A stretch of DNA of 64,000 nt from NCBI GenBank assembly GCA_040776945.1, contig JAXGZN010000002.1, positions 832,001 to 896,000 of the forward strand, in the 5' to 3' direction. The position numbers were made by a program, and so were the translations under genes. The DNA comes from Methanomassiliicoccaceae archaeon. Its GTDB lineage: Archaea; Thermoplasmatota; Thermoplasmata; Methanomassiliicoccales; Methanomassiliicoccaceae. Below the pieces are notes generated by a model. It was given only the letters and a program-made list of their open reading frames with translations, did no database searches and was not told where the DNA came from. This document shows, piece after piece, positions 19,907 to 29,759 of the stretch. The stretch's first letter is position 1. Every line of letters begins with the position of its first letter.

Positions 19907-20373
19907 CCTATCGGCTCCAGGGACGCTATCGCTCGTCCCTCGAACCTGACACACTCCACCGCTATCGTATATTCTCCTCCGCCGAGGACCAATGCCTGAC
20001 CTCCAGCGGTCATCTTAGCCGGAGGGTTCTCCGGGGCCAGGGTGGCGAACGGCACGGTGCCGCTTACGCACCTGATGGTCATTGAGGCCGTGGTGCCCAA
20101 AGGCCCGCCGGCCTCTAGGCGGAGGTGAAAGCGGTCGGCGTTGCCGGGCAGCGAGATGGACACGATCCTGCGGTTCCCCTCCCCTGAGGACATCACATCC
20201 TCGACGGTCTCCGCAAGCCTGTGGGCCTCTGCCGCGAGGACCGCCCGGGTGGTGGTACGCTCAAAGCCCTCCACGCTTCCCACGACCACTGGGACCGTAA
20301 GGGAGATTAGCAACGACATTATCAACAGCTTGAGTGGCATTCCCTCCAGACCCCTTTCGTCCCAGCGCTTCAA
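19903..20373 (-). CDS. type IV pilin-like protein (class III signal peptide)
   Basis: DERG|LEGMPLKLLIMSLLI. Confidence 0.65.
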   Translation of the reverse strand: MKRWDERGLEGMPLKLLIMSLLISLTVPVVVGSVEGFERTTTRAVLAAEAHRLAETVEDVMSSGEGNRRIVSISLPGNADRFHLRLEAGGPLGTTASMTIRCVSGTVPFATLAPENPPAKMTAGGQALVLGGGEYTIAVECVRFEGRAIASLEPIG

Positions 20374-20377
20374 ACCA

Positions 20378-20857
20378 TCACTCCGAGATGACTGGAATGG
20401 TAAGTGAGCTGTCCGTGCCCATCCCGCTCTTGGCGACCGTCACGGTGATGAACCCTACCGACCTTCCGGTCTGTGAGGCGGTAAGTCCGCTGAGGGCGGC
20501 CTTTCCTGAGCTGTCGGTCGTGCCATGCGGCTGCTTCCCTTGAGCGGTCTGTACGTTGCAGCCGTCGAGCACTACGGTGGCGCCCTCGACCGGCTCGCCG
20601 CTCTGGTCAAGGACCGTGATCACCAGCATGAAGCTCGAGGAGCGGTATATTCCGTCCCTGTCAGGATCGCTCAGTATAACCTCGGACGGGTTGGAGTACA
20701 CCGCGTCGATCGTCCTCGGGGCGCTGATCCCGCCCATCCAGCTGAGGATCATCGCCGTCCCCAGCCCGGCTATGACGACCATGATCATAAGCTGCAGCGG
20801 AAGTCCCTCGATGCCCGCGCTCCTGTCCTTGCACATGCGTTTTGAGAAATGCCTCAT
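20378..20857 (-). CDS. type IV pilin-like protein with Ig-like domain
   Basis: KDRSAG|IEGLPLQLMIMVVIAG; VLDQSGEPVEGATV. Confidence 0.7.
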   Translation of the reverse strand: MRHFSKRMCKDRSAGIEGLPLQLMIMVVIAGLGTAMILSWMGGISAPRTIDAVYSNPSEVILSDPDRDGIYRSSSFMLVITVLDQSGEPVEGATVVLDGCNVQTAQGKQPHGTTDSSGKAALSGLTASQTGRSVGFITVTVAKSGMGTDSSLTIPVISE

Positions 20858-20915
20858 GGTTCTCCCGCCGCAAGAGGGGCGGAGGGGATATCTCATCCAT
20901 ACGGCTACATTAAGG

Positions 20916-21488
20916 CTACGAGGTCACTTTGAGCTCGACCTCTTCCACCGTGGAGTACTGGGGCCCGCATTGGGTCAGTACGCTTTTTTTTAGCCGGATC
21001 CTGTCCACATATATCGTGCCGAAGTCGCCATGGACGTTGTTCTCAATGACCTGCCTCACAGAAGGACTCGGCATTTCCGCTCTGGACCTGGCTACCGTGA
21101 TGTGAGGGGCGAAGCGCCGCCTCTCCCGCTCGAAACCTTGCGCGGAGAGCGATTCGTCCAGTCTGGTGGCCATGGTCGCCATGGGAAGGGTGTCGTTCAT
21201 GCCTATCCACACCACCCTGATGCGGTTCTTGGAGGGGAACGCTCCCACACCCTTCAGGGGTACCGTGAACGGTTCGATGCCCTGGACGGCGTCCCTCATC
21301 GCTTCTATGATGCCCCCGACCTTCTGCTCGGGCGTTTCTCCAAGGAACTTAAGGGTGATGTGGATGTGGGCAGGATCAACGACCTTGAGAGAAGGTTCAG
21401 CGTTCTTCAGCGATATGATAAGCTCCTCAACCTCATGGACCCTGGCAAGATCGATCGATATGAAAGCGCGGAAGGTCATCTCCATCAT
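20916..21488 (-). CDS. thpR: RNA 2',3'-cyclic phosphodiesterase (2'-5' RNA ligase)
   Basis: Two HxT motifs: HITLKFLG and PHITVAR. Confidence 0.92.
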   Translation of the reverse strand: MMEMTFRAFISIDLARVHEVEELIISLKNAEPSLKVVDPAHIHITLKFLGETPEQKVGGIIEAMRDAVQGIEPFTVPLKGVGAFPSKNRIRVVWIGMNDTLPMATMATRLDESLSAQGFERERRRFAPHITVARSRAEMPSPSVRQVIENNVHGDFGTIYVDRIRLKKSVLTQCGPQYSTVEEVELKVTS

Positions 21489-21638
21489 CTGGTAATCGTC
21501 ACTTGATGACCTTCAATATGTCGGCCTTCCGGATTTCGTCGCGCTGCGGGCGATTATCATCTTATTCGGCGCGAGGAAGGCGTTGTCCGTCCCGGGACAT
21601 TCGAAACGCTAATAACTTGAGCCTGTATTGCTCCTCCG

Positions 21639-22589
21639 ATGCCTCACGACCTCATCATCATCGGCGCCGGACCAGCGGGCCTCACTGCAGGCATATATGC
21701 CCGCACAAGAAAACTGACCACCCTCATCATCGATGCTACCGCAGCGGGCGGGCAGCTCGCGAGCTTGTACCCCGAGAAGAGCATCGAGAACTGGCCGGGG
21801 TATGTGAGCACCGATGCCGGCCACCTGTCCAACAACCTCATCGATCATGCGCGGTCGATGGGGTGCGATATCAGGGAACATGAGCGGGCGTCTGGCCTCG
21901 AGGACAAGGAAGGCCTTCTGGTAGTGAACACTGACAAAGGCTCTTACGAGGGCAAGGCGGTCATATTGGCCACCGGGATGGGGCTGTTCAAGCCGAAGCG
22001 CGTGGGCGCCGTTGGAGAGGAGAGGCTCGAGGGCCGGGGGGTCTATTACAAGATGCCTGAAAGGGAGTACCTACTGGGCAAGGAGGTCATCTTCGTCGGC
22101 GGAGGCAATTCCGCATTGGAGATGGCTTTGCTGGCCTGCGAGTGCTCGGACACCTGCGTGGTCCACCGGCGTGATGTCTTCCGCGCCGACGAGGCCGTCG
22201 TTGAGAGGGTCCAGAACTCCGAGATCGAGACCATCATGAACGCCGAGGTCGTGGAGATCAAGGGAGAGGACCGCGTGGAGAGCGTGGTGCTTAAGCAGAA
22301 CGGCAAGCTGACGGAGCGGAAGGCCGATGCCGTGGTGGTTAACATAGGGACCTCGAACATCTCCGATGACATGAAGAAATGGGGAGTGGAGCTGGAAGAG
22401 GGATTGATTAAGGTCGACACCGACATGTGCACCTCCCGCCGGGGGGTCTTCGCCTGCGGGGACGCAGTTGCCTATAAGGGCAAGTACAAGCAGATCGTGG
22501 TTGCCTGCGGAGAAGCGGCCATAGCCTCCAACAGCGCCTACAAGTTCATTAAGGAGCCGTACTGGGCCAAGCCTGCCCCTCATAATTGA
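21639..22589 (+). CDS. thioredoxin-reductase-like FAD/NAD(P) oxidoreductase (ferredoxin-NADP reductase type)
   Basis: GAGPAG, GGQL..LYPEK, GGGNSA, FACGD; lacks the CxxC of true TrxB. Confidence 0.85.
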   Translation: MPHDLIIIGAGPAGLTAGIYARTRKLTTLIIDATAAGGQLASLYPEKSIENWPGYVSTDAGHLSNNLIDHARSMGCDIREHERASGLEDKEGLLVVNTDKGSYEGKAVILATGMGLFKPKRVGAVGEERLEGRGVYYKMPEREYLLGKEVIFVGGGNSALEMALLACECSDTCVVHRRDVFRADEAVVERVQNSEIETIMNAEVVEIKGEDRVESVVLKQNGKLTERKADAVVVNIGTSNISDDMKKWGVELEEGLIKVDTDMCTSRRGVFACGDAVAYKGKYKQIVVACGEAAIASNSAYKFIKEPYWAKPAPHN

Positions 22590-22864
22590 GTCCCTGGGCC
22601 CGCTGCCCTGGCCGATCACCATCTAAGAAGGCCCATCCAGCGTTCCTTCTTGTCCGCGCTCGAGGTGTCGGTGGATGGTCGAGGACGAGGAGGCCTGTCG
22701 GCCGCACAGTTGCCTGTGGCCGCTCCGACCCTCTCAGGCCCTTTTCCCGTCCCCTCGCCCCGAACGCACGATCGATGTATGCAGTGGGAGCCGTCCCTCG
22801 ATGAGAGAGACCATGTCCTTATAGGCATGGACAGGAAGGTCCAGTTCACCTGCGGGATGGATGG

Positions 22865-23608
22865 TCAGGCATGATATCCATGGATCCTCCACCTGAGGTA
22901 AGATATGGCGACCAGCACCAGTCCTATGGAGAAGCCCAGGCCGATGCCGTTCGCCACGGGACCGAAGCGTGACTCGAAAAGCTCCCCGAAGGAGGCGAAC
23001 ATATTGAAGGTGGAGTGCATGACGATGGCGGCCACGAGGTACGGCCACCAGTGGTCGGCGTACGACTTGGCCCTGGCCACTCCGTAGCCGGAGATGGAGG
23101 TGGCGGAAGCATGCATCAACAAAGAGGAGATGCTGCGCACAACCGCGAGAGAGACGAACGCTGCGAAGCCGCTTGTGAACAGGGCCGTGCCCTCATAAAG
23201 AAAGTTCTCGGTCGCCGCGAAGCCCAGTCCGCAGGAGGCCCCGAATACCAATCCATTGCGCGGCCTCCATATGTACCGGGAGAACCGCATCACGATCATG
23301 GTCTTGACGAACTCTTCTATTATGGGGGCGATCACGATGATGATTATGAAGGTGATGAGGTTGGGGTAACGGACAAAGAGGTCGTACTCCCTGACCAGCG
23401 ATGAGTTGAGGATGCCCGCGGCCGCGACCTCCAGCACGGTTGCGGCGATCACGGCGATGACCGCCCCGCCCAGGAAGGTCAGGATCAGGTCGTCCCACCT
23501 CTCCTTCCTGCCCCTCTCCCCCCACCGGATCCATACCAGGGCCAGGAAGGCCGGGATGTAAGCTGCCGAGAGAAGAACGACGACCGACATAAGGTAGTCT
23601 GGCAGCAT
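22865..23608 (-). CDS. PrsW family intramembrane metalloprotease
   Basis: PIIEEFVK, GLGFAATEN, MHAS, MHSTFN. Confidence 0.9.
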   Translation of the reverse strand: MLPDYLMSVVVLLSAAYIPAFLALVWIRWGERGRKERWDDLILTFLGGAVIAVIAATVLEVAAAGILNSSLVREYDLFVRYPNLITFIIIIVIAPIIEEFVKTMIVMRFSRYIWRPRNGLVFGASCGLGFAATENFLYEGTALFTSGFAAFVSLAVVRSISSLLMHASATSISGYGVARAKSYADHWWPYLVAAIVMHSTFNMFASFGELFESRFGPVANGIGLGFSIGLVLVAISYLRWRIHGYHA

Positions 23609-23712
23609 CCTTGGAGTGTAGCGGGAACGGAGTTATAAATCCCACCGGTGCTTGGATTTGATAAAATCAGGGAAGGGTGGAGCAGAGCTCCAATTGGGTC
23701 GAGACCAGTTGT

Positions 23713-23886
23713 TTACTCGTCCACGGTTATGGCGTTGTTCGGGCACTCGTCCACGCAGGCGCCGCAGTCCACGCAGTCCTTCTCGTTGACCACTGCGATA
23801 TCGGTGACCTTAATGGCCGACTGAGGGCATACGTCCTCACAAGCTCCGCATCCAACACACTCGTCAGCGTTGATCTTTGCAACCAA
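23713..23886 (-). CDS. 2[4Fe-4S] ferredoxin
   Basis: Two CxxCxxCxxxCP motifs; TTG start after GAGGTG. Confidence 0.93.
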   Translation of the reverse strand: MVAKINADECVGCGACEDVCPQSAIKVTDIAVVNEKDCVDCGACVDECPNNAITVDE

Positions 23887-24116
23887 GTCTAACACCTCAG
23901 ATGATTTGTTCCACTCAATCTTATGGTTCTATAAAAAGTATTCCCCGGACCGCTTATGCCTGATGCAAAGGATTTGGACCGGTCGTGAGCTGGGCCCTGC
24001 CTGCCAGATGCCGCCAAAATGCTCATCCGCGCTGCACCATCACAATGCCGCGCTCCGGCATCCTGCGATGGTCGGGCGCGAAATCATTGAAATAGGCCCA
24101 TCCTGTTCTGGTGCCA

Positions 24117-25184
24117 ATGAGGTACGTGTCCGGGAAGATCCTTACAGAGGAGGGCTTCCAGGATGGTCATGTCGGTTTCGAGGACGGCATCGTCAAGGAG
24201 GTAGGCAGGGGGAGGGCCAAGACCAGCGAGGCTGAGGGGATCATAGTGCCCACCTTCGTCAACGCTCACACCCACATCGCCGATTTCGTCGTGCCGGTGG
24301 ACCTCTCCCTTTCATTGGCCGAGGTGGTGGCACCCCCGGACGGCCTTAAGTACAGGGTGCTATCGTCCACTCCTGAGCAGGTTCAGAGGGAAGCGATAGC
24401 GTACATGTCCGAGCTGATGTTCCGGCGGGGCACGTCCGCCTTCGCCGACTTCCGTGAGGGCGGGGTGAAGGGCGCGAGCCTCATGTCCTCAGCGCGGTGG
24501 GCATGCCCCTGCATCCTAGGAAAGCCTCAAGCCCCGGCCTTCGACCGCGAGGAGATCGATGAACTGCTGAAGATCACCGATGGGGTTGGCCCGTCATGCG
24601 TATCGGACTGGGACTATGAGGAGCTTCGCTCCCTATCCTCGTACGTTCGGTCGAAGGGCAAGACCTTCGCCCTCCATAGCTCAGAGAGGATCAGGGAGGA
24701 TCTGGACAAGGTTCTCGATCTAAGGCCTTCGTACCTCATTCACATGACCCAGGCGACCGATGCCGACCTGGAGCGCTGCGCTCAGCTGAACGTGCCTGTG
24801 GTGGTGTGCCCCCGGTCGAACATGTTCTTCGGGATGGTCCCGCCCCTCGCGAGGATGGTCAGGGCCGGGGTGACGGTGGCCTTGGGCACCGATAACGCAA
24901 TGATATCGATGCCTGACCTTTTCGTGGAGATGGAGTTCGCGGCGAGGGTCCTCCGTCAGCAGGGCATGGGGCGGCTGGATTGCGTTTTGCCCATGGTGTT
25001 CAGCAATGGGCGAAAAATTATAAATCGGGGCCAACTGATAGAGTTTGAACCAGATACGGAATGTGACCTTATGGTCGTTCGTTCCAAGCATGGGGAGCCC
25101 CTCACCGACCTGGTCCTGCGCACGGCGGGCGAGGAGCCACTATTGGTCTGCGCAGGAGAAAGGACATGGAGAGGAGCTCGATGA
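24117..25184 (+). CDS. metal-dependent amidohydrolase (SsnA/deaminase-like)
   Basis: NAHTH, LHSSE, IHMT, CPRSN, GTDN. Confidence 0.88.
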   Translation: MRYVSGKILTEEGFQDGHVGFEDGIVKEVGRGRAKTSEAEGIIVPTFVNAHTHIADFVVPVDLSLSLAEVVAPPDGLKYRVLSSTPEQVQREAIAYMSELMFRRGTSAFADFREGGVKGASLMSSARWACPCILGKPQAPAFDREEIDELLKITDGVGPSCVSDWDYEELRSLSSYVRSKGKTFALHSSERIREDLDKVLDLRPSYLIHMTQATDADLERCAQLNVPVVVCPRSNMFFGMVPPLARMVRAGVTVALGTDNAMISMPDLFVEMEFAARVLRQQGMGRLDCVLPMVFSNGRKIINRGQLIEFEPDTECDLMVVRSKHGEPLTDLVLRTAGEEPLLVCAGERTWRGAR

Positions 25185-25633
25185 ACAGGTTCAACAAGAT
25201 ACTGATCCCGACCGACGGAAGCGAGAACACCAAGTCAGCCATCGCCCAAGGACTGGAACTGGCCAAGGCGATGGGGTCCGAGGTCACGGCGCTGTACGTG
25301 GTCGATCAGGCGTCGTTCGTCAACTTCCCCATGGACGCCACCGTGGTCAGCATCTACTCCCTCCTCGAGAAGGAGGGCAAGGAGGCGGTCGATTACGTGG
25401 TCCGGGAGGGCGAGAAGGCCGGGGTCAAGGTAGAAGGAAAGGTCGTGGAGGGCAACCCTGCGAAGAAGATCATCGAAGAGGCAGAGAACTACGACCTGGT
25501 GGTAATGGGCACCCTCGGCCGCACGGGAATATCCAAGCTTCTCCTGGGAAGCGTTGCCGAGAGGGTCGTCAGGCTCGCTCCCTGCCCCGTCCTGGTCGTC
25601 AGGACGGCGTCAGAGGCGGAGGAGAAGGAATGA
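25181..25633 (+). CDS. universal stress protein
   Basis: ILIPTDGS, VMGTLGRTG..LLGSVAERVVR. Confidence 0.93.
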   Translation: MNRFNKILIPTDGSENTKSAIAQGLELAKAMGSEVTALYVVDQASFVNFPMDATVVSIYSLLEKEGKEAVDYVVREGEKAGVKVEGKVVEGNPAKKIIEEAENYDLVVMGTLGRTGISKLLLGSVAERVVRLAPCPVLVVRTASEAEEKE

Positions 25634-26475
25634 CCGTCATAAGCCAGGTGATGACCCACAATCCCATCACTGCTGAGATCCCGGGCTCACGCAACGACGT
25701 CCTTAAGCTTATGGTGAAGCACAATCTGACCGGGGTCCCCATTGTAAAGAGGACGGACGGCAGCCTGGCCGGAATGGTCACCCGCAGCGACATCTTCGCC
25801 CACCCCGAAGAGGACCAGCTCGCAATGGTAATGAACCGAGACCCTCTCACCCTATCGCCGCAGGACTCGGTGGAGCACGCCGCATCCATCATCGTCAAGA
25901 CCAAGGTCACCCATTTCCCGGTTGTCGAGAACGGCAAGCTCGTTGGCATACTGACACCTACAGACCTCCTGAACGAGGTCGAGAAGAAGGCCTCTGGAGT
26001 GCCGGTCGAGGAACTGGCGCTGTCTCCATGTGTCCCAATATTCCAGGACTCACCGCTCAGGGTCGCACTGGTGACCTTTAAGGTAAGCGGGGTGAGTGCG
26101 CTGCCGGTGCTGGATGCCAATGGTCGTCTTTCCGGAATACTCACCGACCGCGATGTTTTCAACAAGAGCCTCATCAACGGCTCCATCGCCCTAACCGCCC
26201 TCGGCATCGGGGGGGACGAGGACGAGTGGACCTGGGAGGGGCTGAGGAACGTCATGAAGCTGTGGTTCGAGGTGTCCAAGATCGAGGTCCCCGCCATTCC
26301 GGTGAGGGACATAATGGTCCGGTCACCCACAACCGTATTTAGGAAGACCAGCGTATCGGAGGCCGCCAGGACCATGAGGCGCAACGATTTCGGACAGATG
26401 CCAGTGGTGGACACCAAGGAGAATCTGGTGGCCATGCTGTACGATTTCAACGTGATCTCCATCCTGGCCCCGTGA
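25630..26475 (+). CDS. CBS domain protein (four CBS repeats)
   Basis: Repeated PVV..G.L.GI motifs; ATG 25630 overlaps the USP stop. Confidence 0.88.
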   Translation: MTVISQVMTHNPITAEIPGSRNDVLKLMVKHNLTGVPIVKRTDGSLAGMVTRSDIFAHPEEDQLAMVMNRDPLTLSPQDSVEHAASIIVKTKVTHFPVVENGKLVGILTPTDLLNEVEKKASGVPVEELALSPCVPIFQDSPLRVALVTFKVSGVSALPVLDANGRLSGILTDRDVFNKSLINGSIALTALGIGGDEDEWTWEGLRNVMKLWFEVSKIEVPAIPVRDIMVRSPTTVFRKTSVSEAARTMRRNDFGQMPVVDTKENLVAMLYDFNVISILAP

Positions 26476-26506
26476 AACGTTCCGACCTAACGAAGAGGTA
26501 AATGAC

Positions 26507-28210
26507 ATGGATGCATCAGACGTTCTCTCGCTGTGCAAGCGCAGGGGTTTCCTTTACCCCTCCTATGAGATCTACGGCGGCGTCGCCGGGATGTTCGACT
26601 ATGGTCCCCTGGGCACCGCGATGAGGAACAATATCGTGGAGATATGGAGGCGCCTATATACACTGGGCGAGGGGTTCGTGGAGATCGACTCGGAGACCAT
26701 AGGCCCTGAGATAGTGTTCAAGGCCTCCGGCCACGTGGACGAGTTCGCCGACAAGATGGTTAAGTGCAGGTCATGCGATGAGGCGCACCGGGCCGATCAT
26801 CTGGTCAAGGACCTCCACCCCAATCCCGGGACCCTGAAGGACGCGGAGCTGGACGATCTTATCCGGGAAAGGGGCGTCACCTGCCCGGCATGCGGGGGCG
26901 AGCTTTCCACGGTCGAGGAGTTCAACCTCATGTTCAAGACCGTGATCGGTCCTGGGTCCGGAAGGGTCGGATATCTTCGCCCGGAGACGGCCCAAGGCAT
27001 CTTCGTCAACTTCCCCAACCTCTACCGCTACAATCGCGAGAAGCTTCCCCTGGGCGTCATCCAGGTGGGGCGCGGCTACCGCAATGAGATATCCCCTCGC
27101 CAGGGGGTCATCCGCATGCGGGAGTTCAACATGATGGAGTGCGAGCTCTTCGTGGACCCCGAGGACAAGACCTGGCCTCGCTTCGATGACGTGAGGGGCG
27201 AGAGGCTGAGGCTGCTCGTGAACGACGGCCGCGAGCTGGAGATCACGGTGGGCGAGGCCGTGGAACAGAGGATCATCTGCAACCAAGTGCTCGCCTACTT
27301 TGTCTGGTTCACTCAGGAGTTCCTTAGGTCCGTAGGCGTGGACGGCGAAAAGCTCCGCTTCCGCCAGCACGAGAGGGATGAGATGGCCCACTATGCCGCT
27401 GATTGCTGGGACGCCGAAGCGCTCCTCAGCTTCGGCTGGACCGAGATAGTGGGCATCGCCGACCGGGGCTGCTGGGACCTTTCCAGGCATATCAGTTTCT
27501 CGGGAGTGGACATGTCCGTGTTCAAGAGGTTCGACGCTCCTCATGAGGTGGAGAGGGACGTCATCAAACCGAAGTATGGCCTCTTGGGCCCCAAGTTCAA
27601 GGCCCTTGGTGCAAAGATAGGCAAGGCGCTGGAAGCCACCGACCCATCGATGATCGTAAACGGCTCGGTCACCGTGGAGGTGGAGGGAACGAAATATGAC
27701 ATCGGACAGGAGATGTTCGACGTCGCCCGCGTTAAGGAGAAGGTCTCCGGGGTAAAGGTGATACCTCACGTCATCGAGCCGTCGCACGGCCTGGACCGCA
27801 TCACCTACGCCTGTTTGGAGCATGCCTACGACAAGAAGGAGGACATGGAGACGCTCCGGCTGTCATCGGCGATCGCGCCCATCAAGTTCGGGGTGTTCCC
27901 TCTGATGGCCAGAGATGGCCTGGACAAGGTAGCGATGCAGATCGATGAGGACATCCGGTACACTGGCATAGAGACATACTACGATGATTCTGGCTCCATA
28001 GGCCGTAGGTACGCGAGGATGGACGAGATAGGCACCCCGTACTGCATCACCGTGGACTACCAGACCCTCGAGGACGGCACCGTGACGATAAGAGAGCGTG
28101 ACAGCCAGGAGCAGGTCCGTGTAAAGGTCAAGGACCTGCCAGTGGTCACACGGGCGGTTCTTTGCGGCGCCAATATCGAGCAGTTCGTGGACGGGAACGG
28201 TCCGGAGTGA
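26507..28210 (+). CDS. glyS: glycyl-tRNA synthetase (alpha2 type)
   Basis: YLRPETAQGIF, RNEISPRQG, MAHYAADCWD, VIEPSHG, IGRRYARMDEIG. Confidence 0.96.
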   Translation: MDASDVLSLCKRRGFLYPSYEIYGGVAGMFDYGPLGTAMRNNIVEIWRRLYTLGEGFVEIDSETIGPEIVFKASGHVDEFADKMVKCRSCDEAHRADHLVKDLHPNPGTLKDAELDDLIRERGVTCPACGGELSTVEEFNLMFKTVIGPGSGRVGYLRPETAQGIFVNFPNLYRYNREKLPLGVIQVGRGYRNEISPRQGVIRMREFNMMECELFVDPEDKTWPRFDDVRGERLRLLVNDGRELEITVGEAVEQRIICNQVLAYFVWFTQEFLRSVGVDGEKLRFRQHERDEMAHYAADCWDAEALLSFGWTEIVGIADRGCWDLSRHISFSGVDMSVFKRFDAPHEVERDVIKPKYGLLGPKFKALGAKIGKALEATDPSMIVNGSVTVEVEGTKYDIGQEMFDVARVKEKVSGVKVIPHVIEPSHGLDRITYACLEHAYDKKEDMETLRLSSAIAPIKFGVFPLMARDGLDKVAMQIDEDIRYTGIETYYDDSGSIGRRYARMDEIGTPYCITVDYQTLEDGTVTIRERDSQEQVRVKVKDLPVVTRAVLCGANIEQFVDGNGPE

Positions 28211-28389
28211 CTTCCGGGAAGGTCCAGCGCAACGGTCCCATCGGGCCTGACCGCCCGAGTGGTTCCGCTTTGGCGACAATGACAGCCAAGGTTCAATAGC
28301 CTAGAAGGCGTTTTCCTGGCCAGGAACGAGTTCGCGCCATCGCTGGCGTAAACCTCTTCATGCAAATCCCGAGCAAACGAGGAGAAACA

Positions 28390-29589
28390 ATGAACGCACA
28401 GGAGATAGCGGGGATGAAGAAGAGGGAGCAGCTCAGGTCGATGATCGAGGCGATCAAGTTGACCGACCTGATGACCAAGGGGTTCGACACGGTGAGCCCT
28501 GAGGAGCAGCTCTCGGACGTGCTCAAGAGAATGGGGCAGCTTGACCTGCACGAGATGCCGGTCAGCCTGGACGGCAAGAGGTTGATGGGCGTTGTGAGCT
28601 ATGGAACGCTGTTGAAGAGGAGGAATCTCCCCATCACCACCAAGGCGGGCTCCATAGCCGTAATGCCTCAGGAGATCACCCCGGACACGCTGGTCACGGA
28701 GGCCGCGGAGGCGTTCATGACCTCCGGCTTCCGGCAGATACCGGTGGTCAGAGGGCAGATCATCCAGGGCATCATCTCGCGTACGGACATGATCAAGATC
28801 GTCCAGGGCATCAAGGACCTGCGGGAGCTGAAGGTCAGGGACATCATGACCGAGGACGTGCAGACCGTCGGCTCGGAGGATCCCGTGGAGGCCGCCCTCC
28901 TTTCCATGAAGAACCTGACCATCAGGACCCTGCCGGTGGTGGGCAAGGAGAACCGTCTGGCCGGGATCGTGGGCATCAAGCAGGTGGCCAACTATAACTG
29001 GAGGGAGAGGAAGAGGGAGACCGTTGGCGAGATGACCGGCGACAACAGCCCCATCAAGGTCAATGTCTCCTCGGTCCAGCTGGATTCGGTCATCACAGTG
29101 GAAGAGGGCGCGGCGCTTGGCAGGGCGGTGGAGCTGATGCTGGAGCACAAGGTCTCCACCCTCCCGGTCGTCGATGGGCAGAACCTGGTGGGCATAATCA
29201 CCAAATATGACATCATCGAGCTCCTGGCATCGTTCCGGCAGAGAGACATGGTGTACACGCAGATAACCGGCCTGGACTCAGAGGACAAGTTCGCGGCGGA
29301 GCAGATGGAGAAGGACATCACCGCTTCGCTGCAGAAGATAGCTAAGATCTCGAGGCCCATGCTGTTCACCCTGCACGTCACCAAGTACAACTCGCAGGCG
29401 ACGTCCAACAAGTACTCGCTGAACGGACGCCTGATCACCGAGAACAAGGTATGGGTGGCATCGGCGGTGGATTGGGACCTCAACAGGGCCACCATCGACC
29501 TCATGCAGCGACTGGAGCGCAGAGTGGTGGAGCGGAAGGAGGAGAAATTGGACCACCGCAAGAAGGCCAGGAACATCGGGCACCACTGA
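28390..29589 (+). CDS. CBS x4 protein with C-terminal HPF/RaiA-like domain (paralog 1)
   Basis: Four CBS repeats; C-terminal ~110 aa with beta-alpha-beta-beta-beta-alpha pattern ending DWDLNRATIDLMQRLERRV. Confidence 0.8.
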   Translation: MNAQEIAGMKKREQLRSMIEAIKLTDLMTKGFDTVSPEEQLSDVLKRMGQLDLHEMPVSLDGKRLMGVVSYGTLLKRRNLPITTKAGSIAVMPQEITPDTLVTEAAEAFMTSGFRQIPVVRGQIIQGIISRTDMIKIVQGIKDLRELKVRDIMTEDVQTVGSEDPVEAALLSMKNLTIRTLPVVGKENRLAGIVGIKQVANYNWRERKRETVGEMTGDNSPIKVNVSSVQLDSVITVEEGAALGRAVELMLEHKVSTLPVVDGQNLVGIITKYDIIELLASFRQRDMVYTQITGLDSEDKFAAEQMEKDITASLQKIAKISRPMLFTLHVTKYNSQATSNKYSLNGRLITENKVWVASAVDWDLNRATIDLMQRLERRVVERKEEKLDHRKKARNIGHH

Positions 29590-29759
29590 GCTGCGAAAAA
29601 CGCTGAAACCTTTTCTTCTTTCCATTTCTGGTCCCGGTCCGCGTGCTACAACATAAATACCCGGGGCCACACTCAGGATAATCGGGCTGATATGCGCTCC
29701 CCGCTAGCTTTGAGAACGGGCATGGGGAGCGAGGCCAGTTCCGCAATGGGAGGTTTTTG

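Noticed and set aside
21639-22589. Calling this gene trxB
   Set aside because: The redox-active CxxC is absent; it fits the ferredoxin-NADP reductase-like subgroup better.
22590-22864. Small ORFs between the oxidoreductase and prsW
   Set aside because: Low-complexity translations with no motif or clear start; treated as intergenic.
25045-25629. N-terminal extension of the 476-aa CBS ORF
   Set aside because: It overlaps the USP gene in another frame; the real start is ATG 25630.
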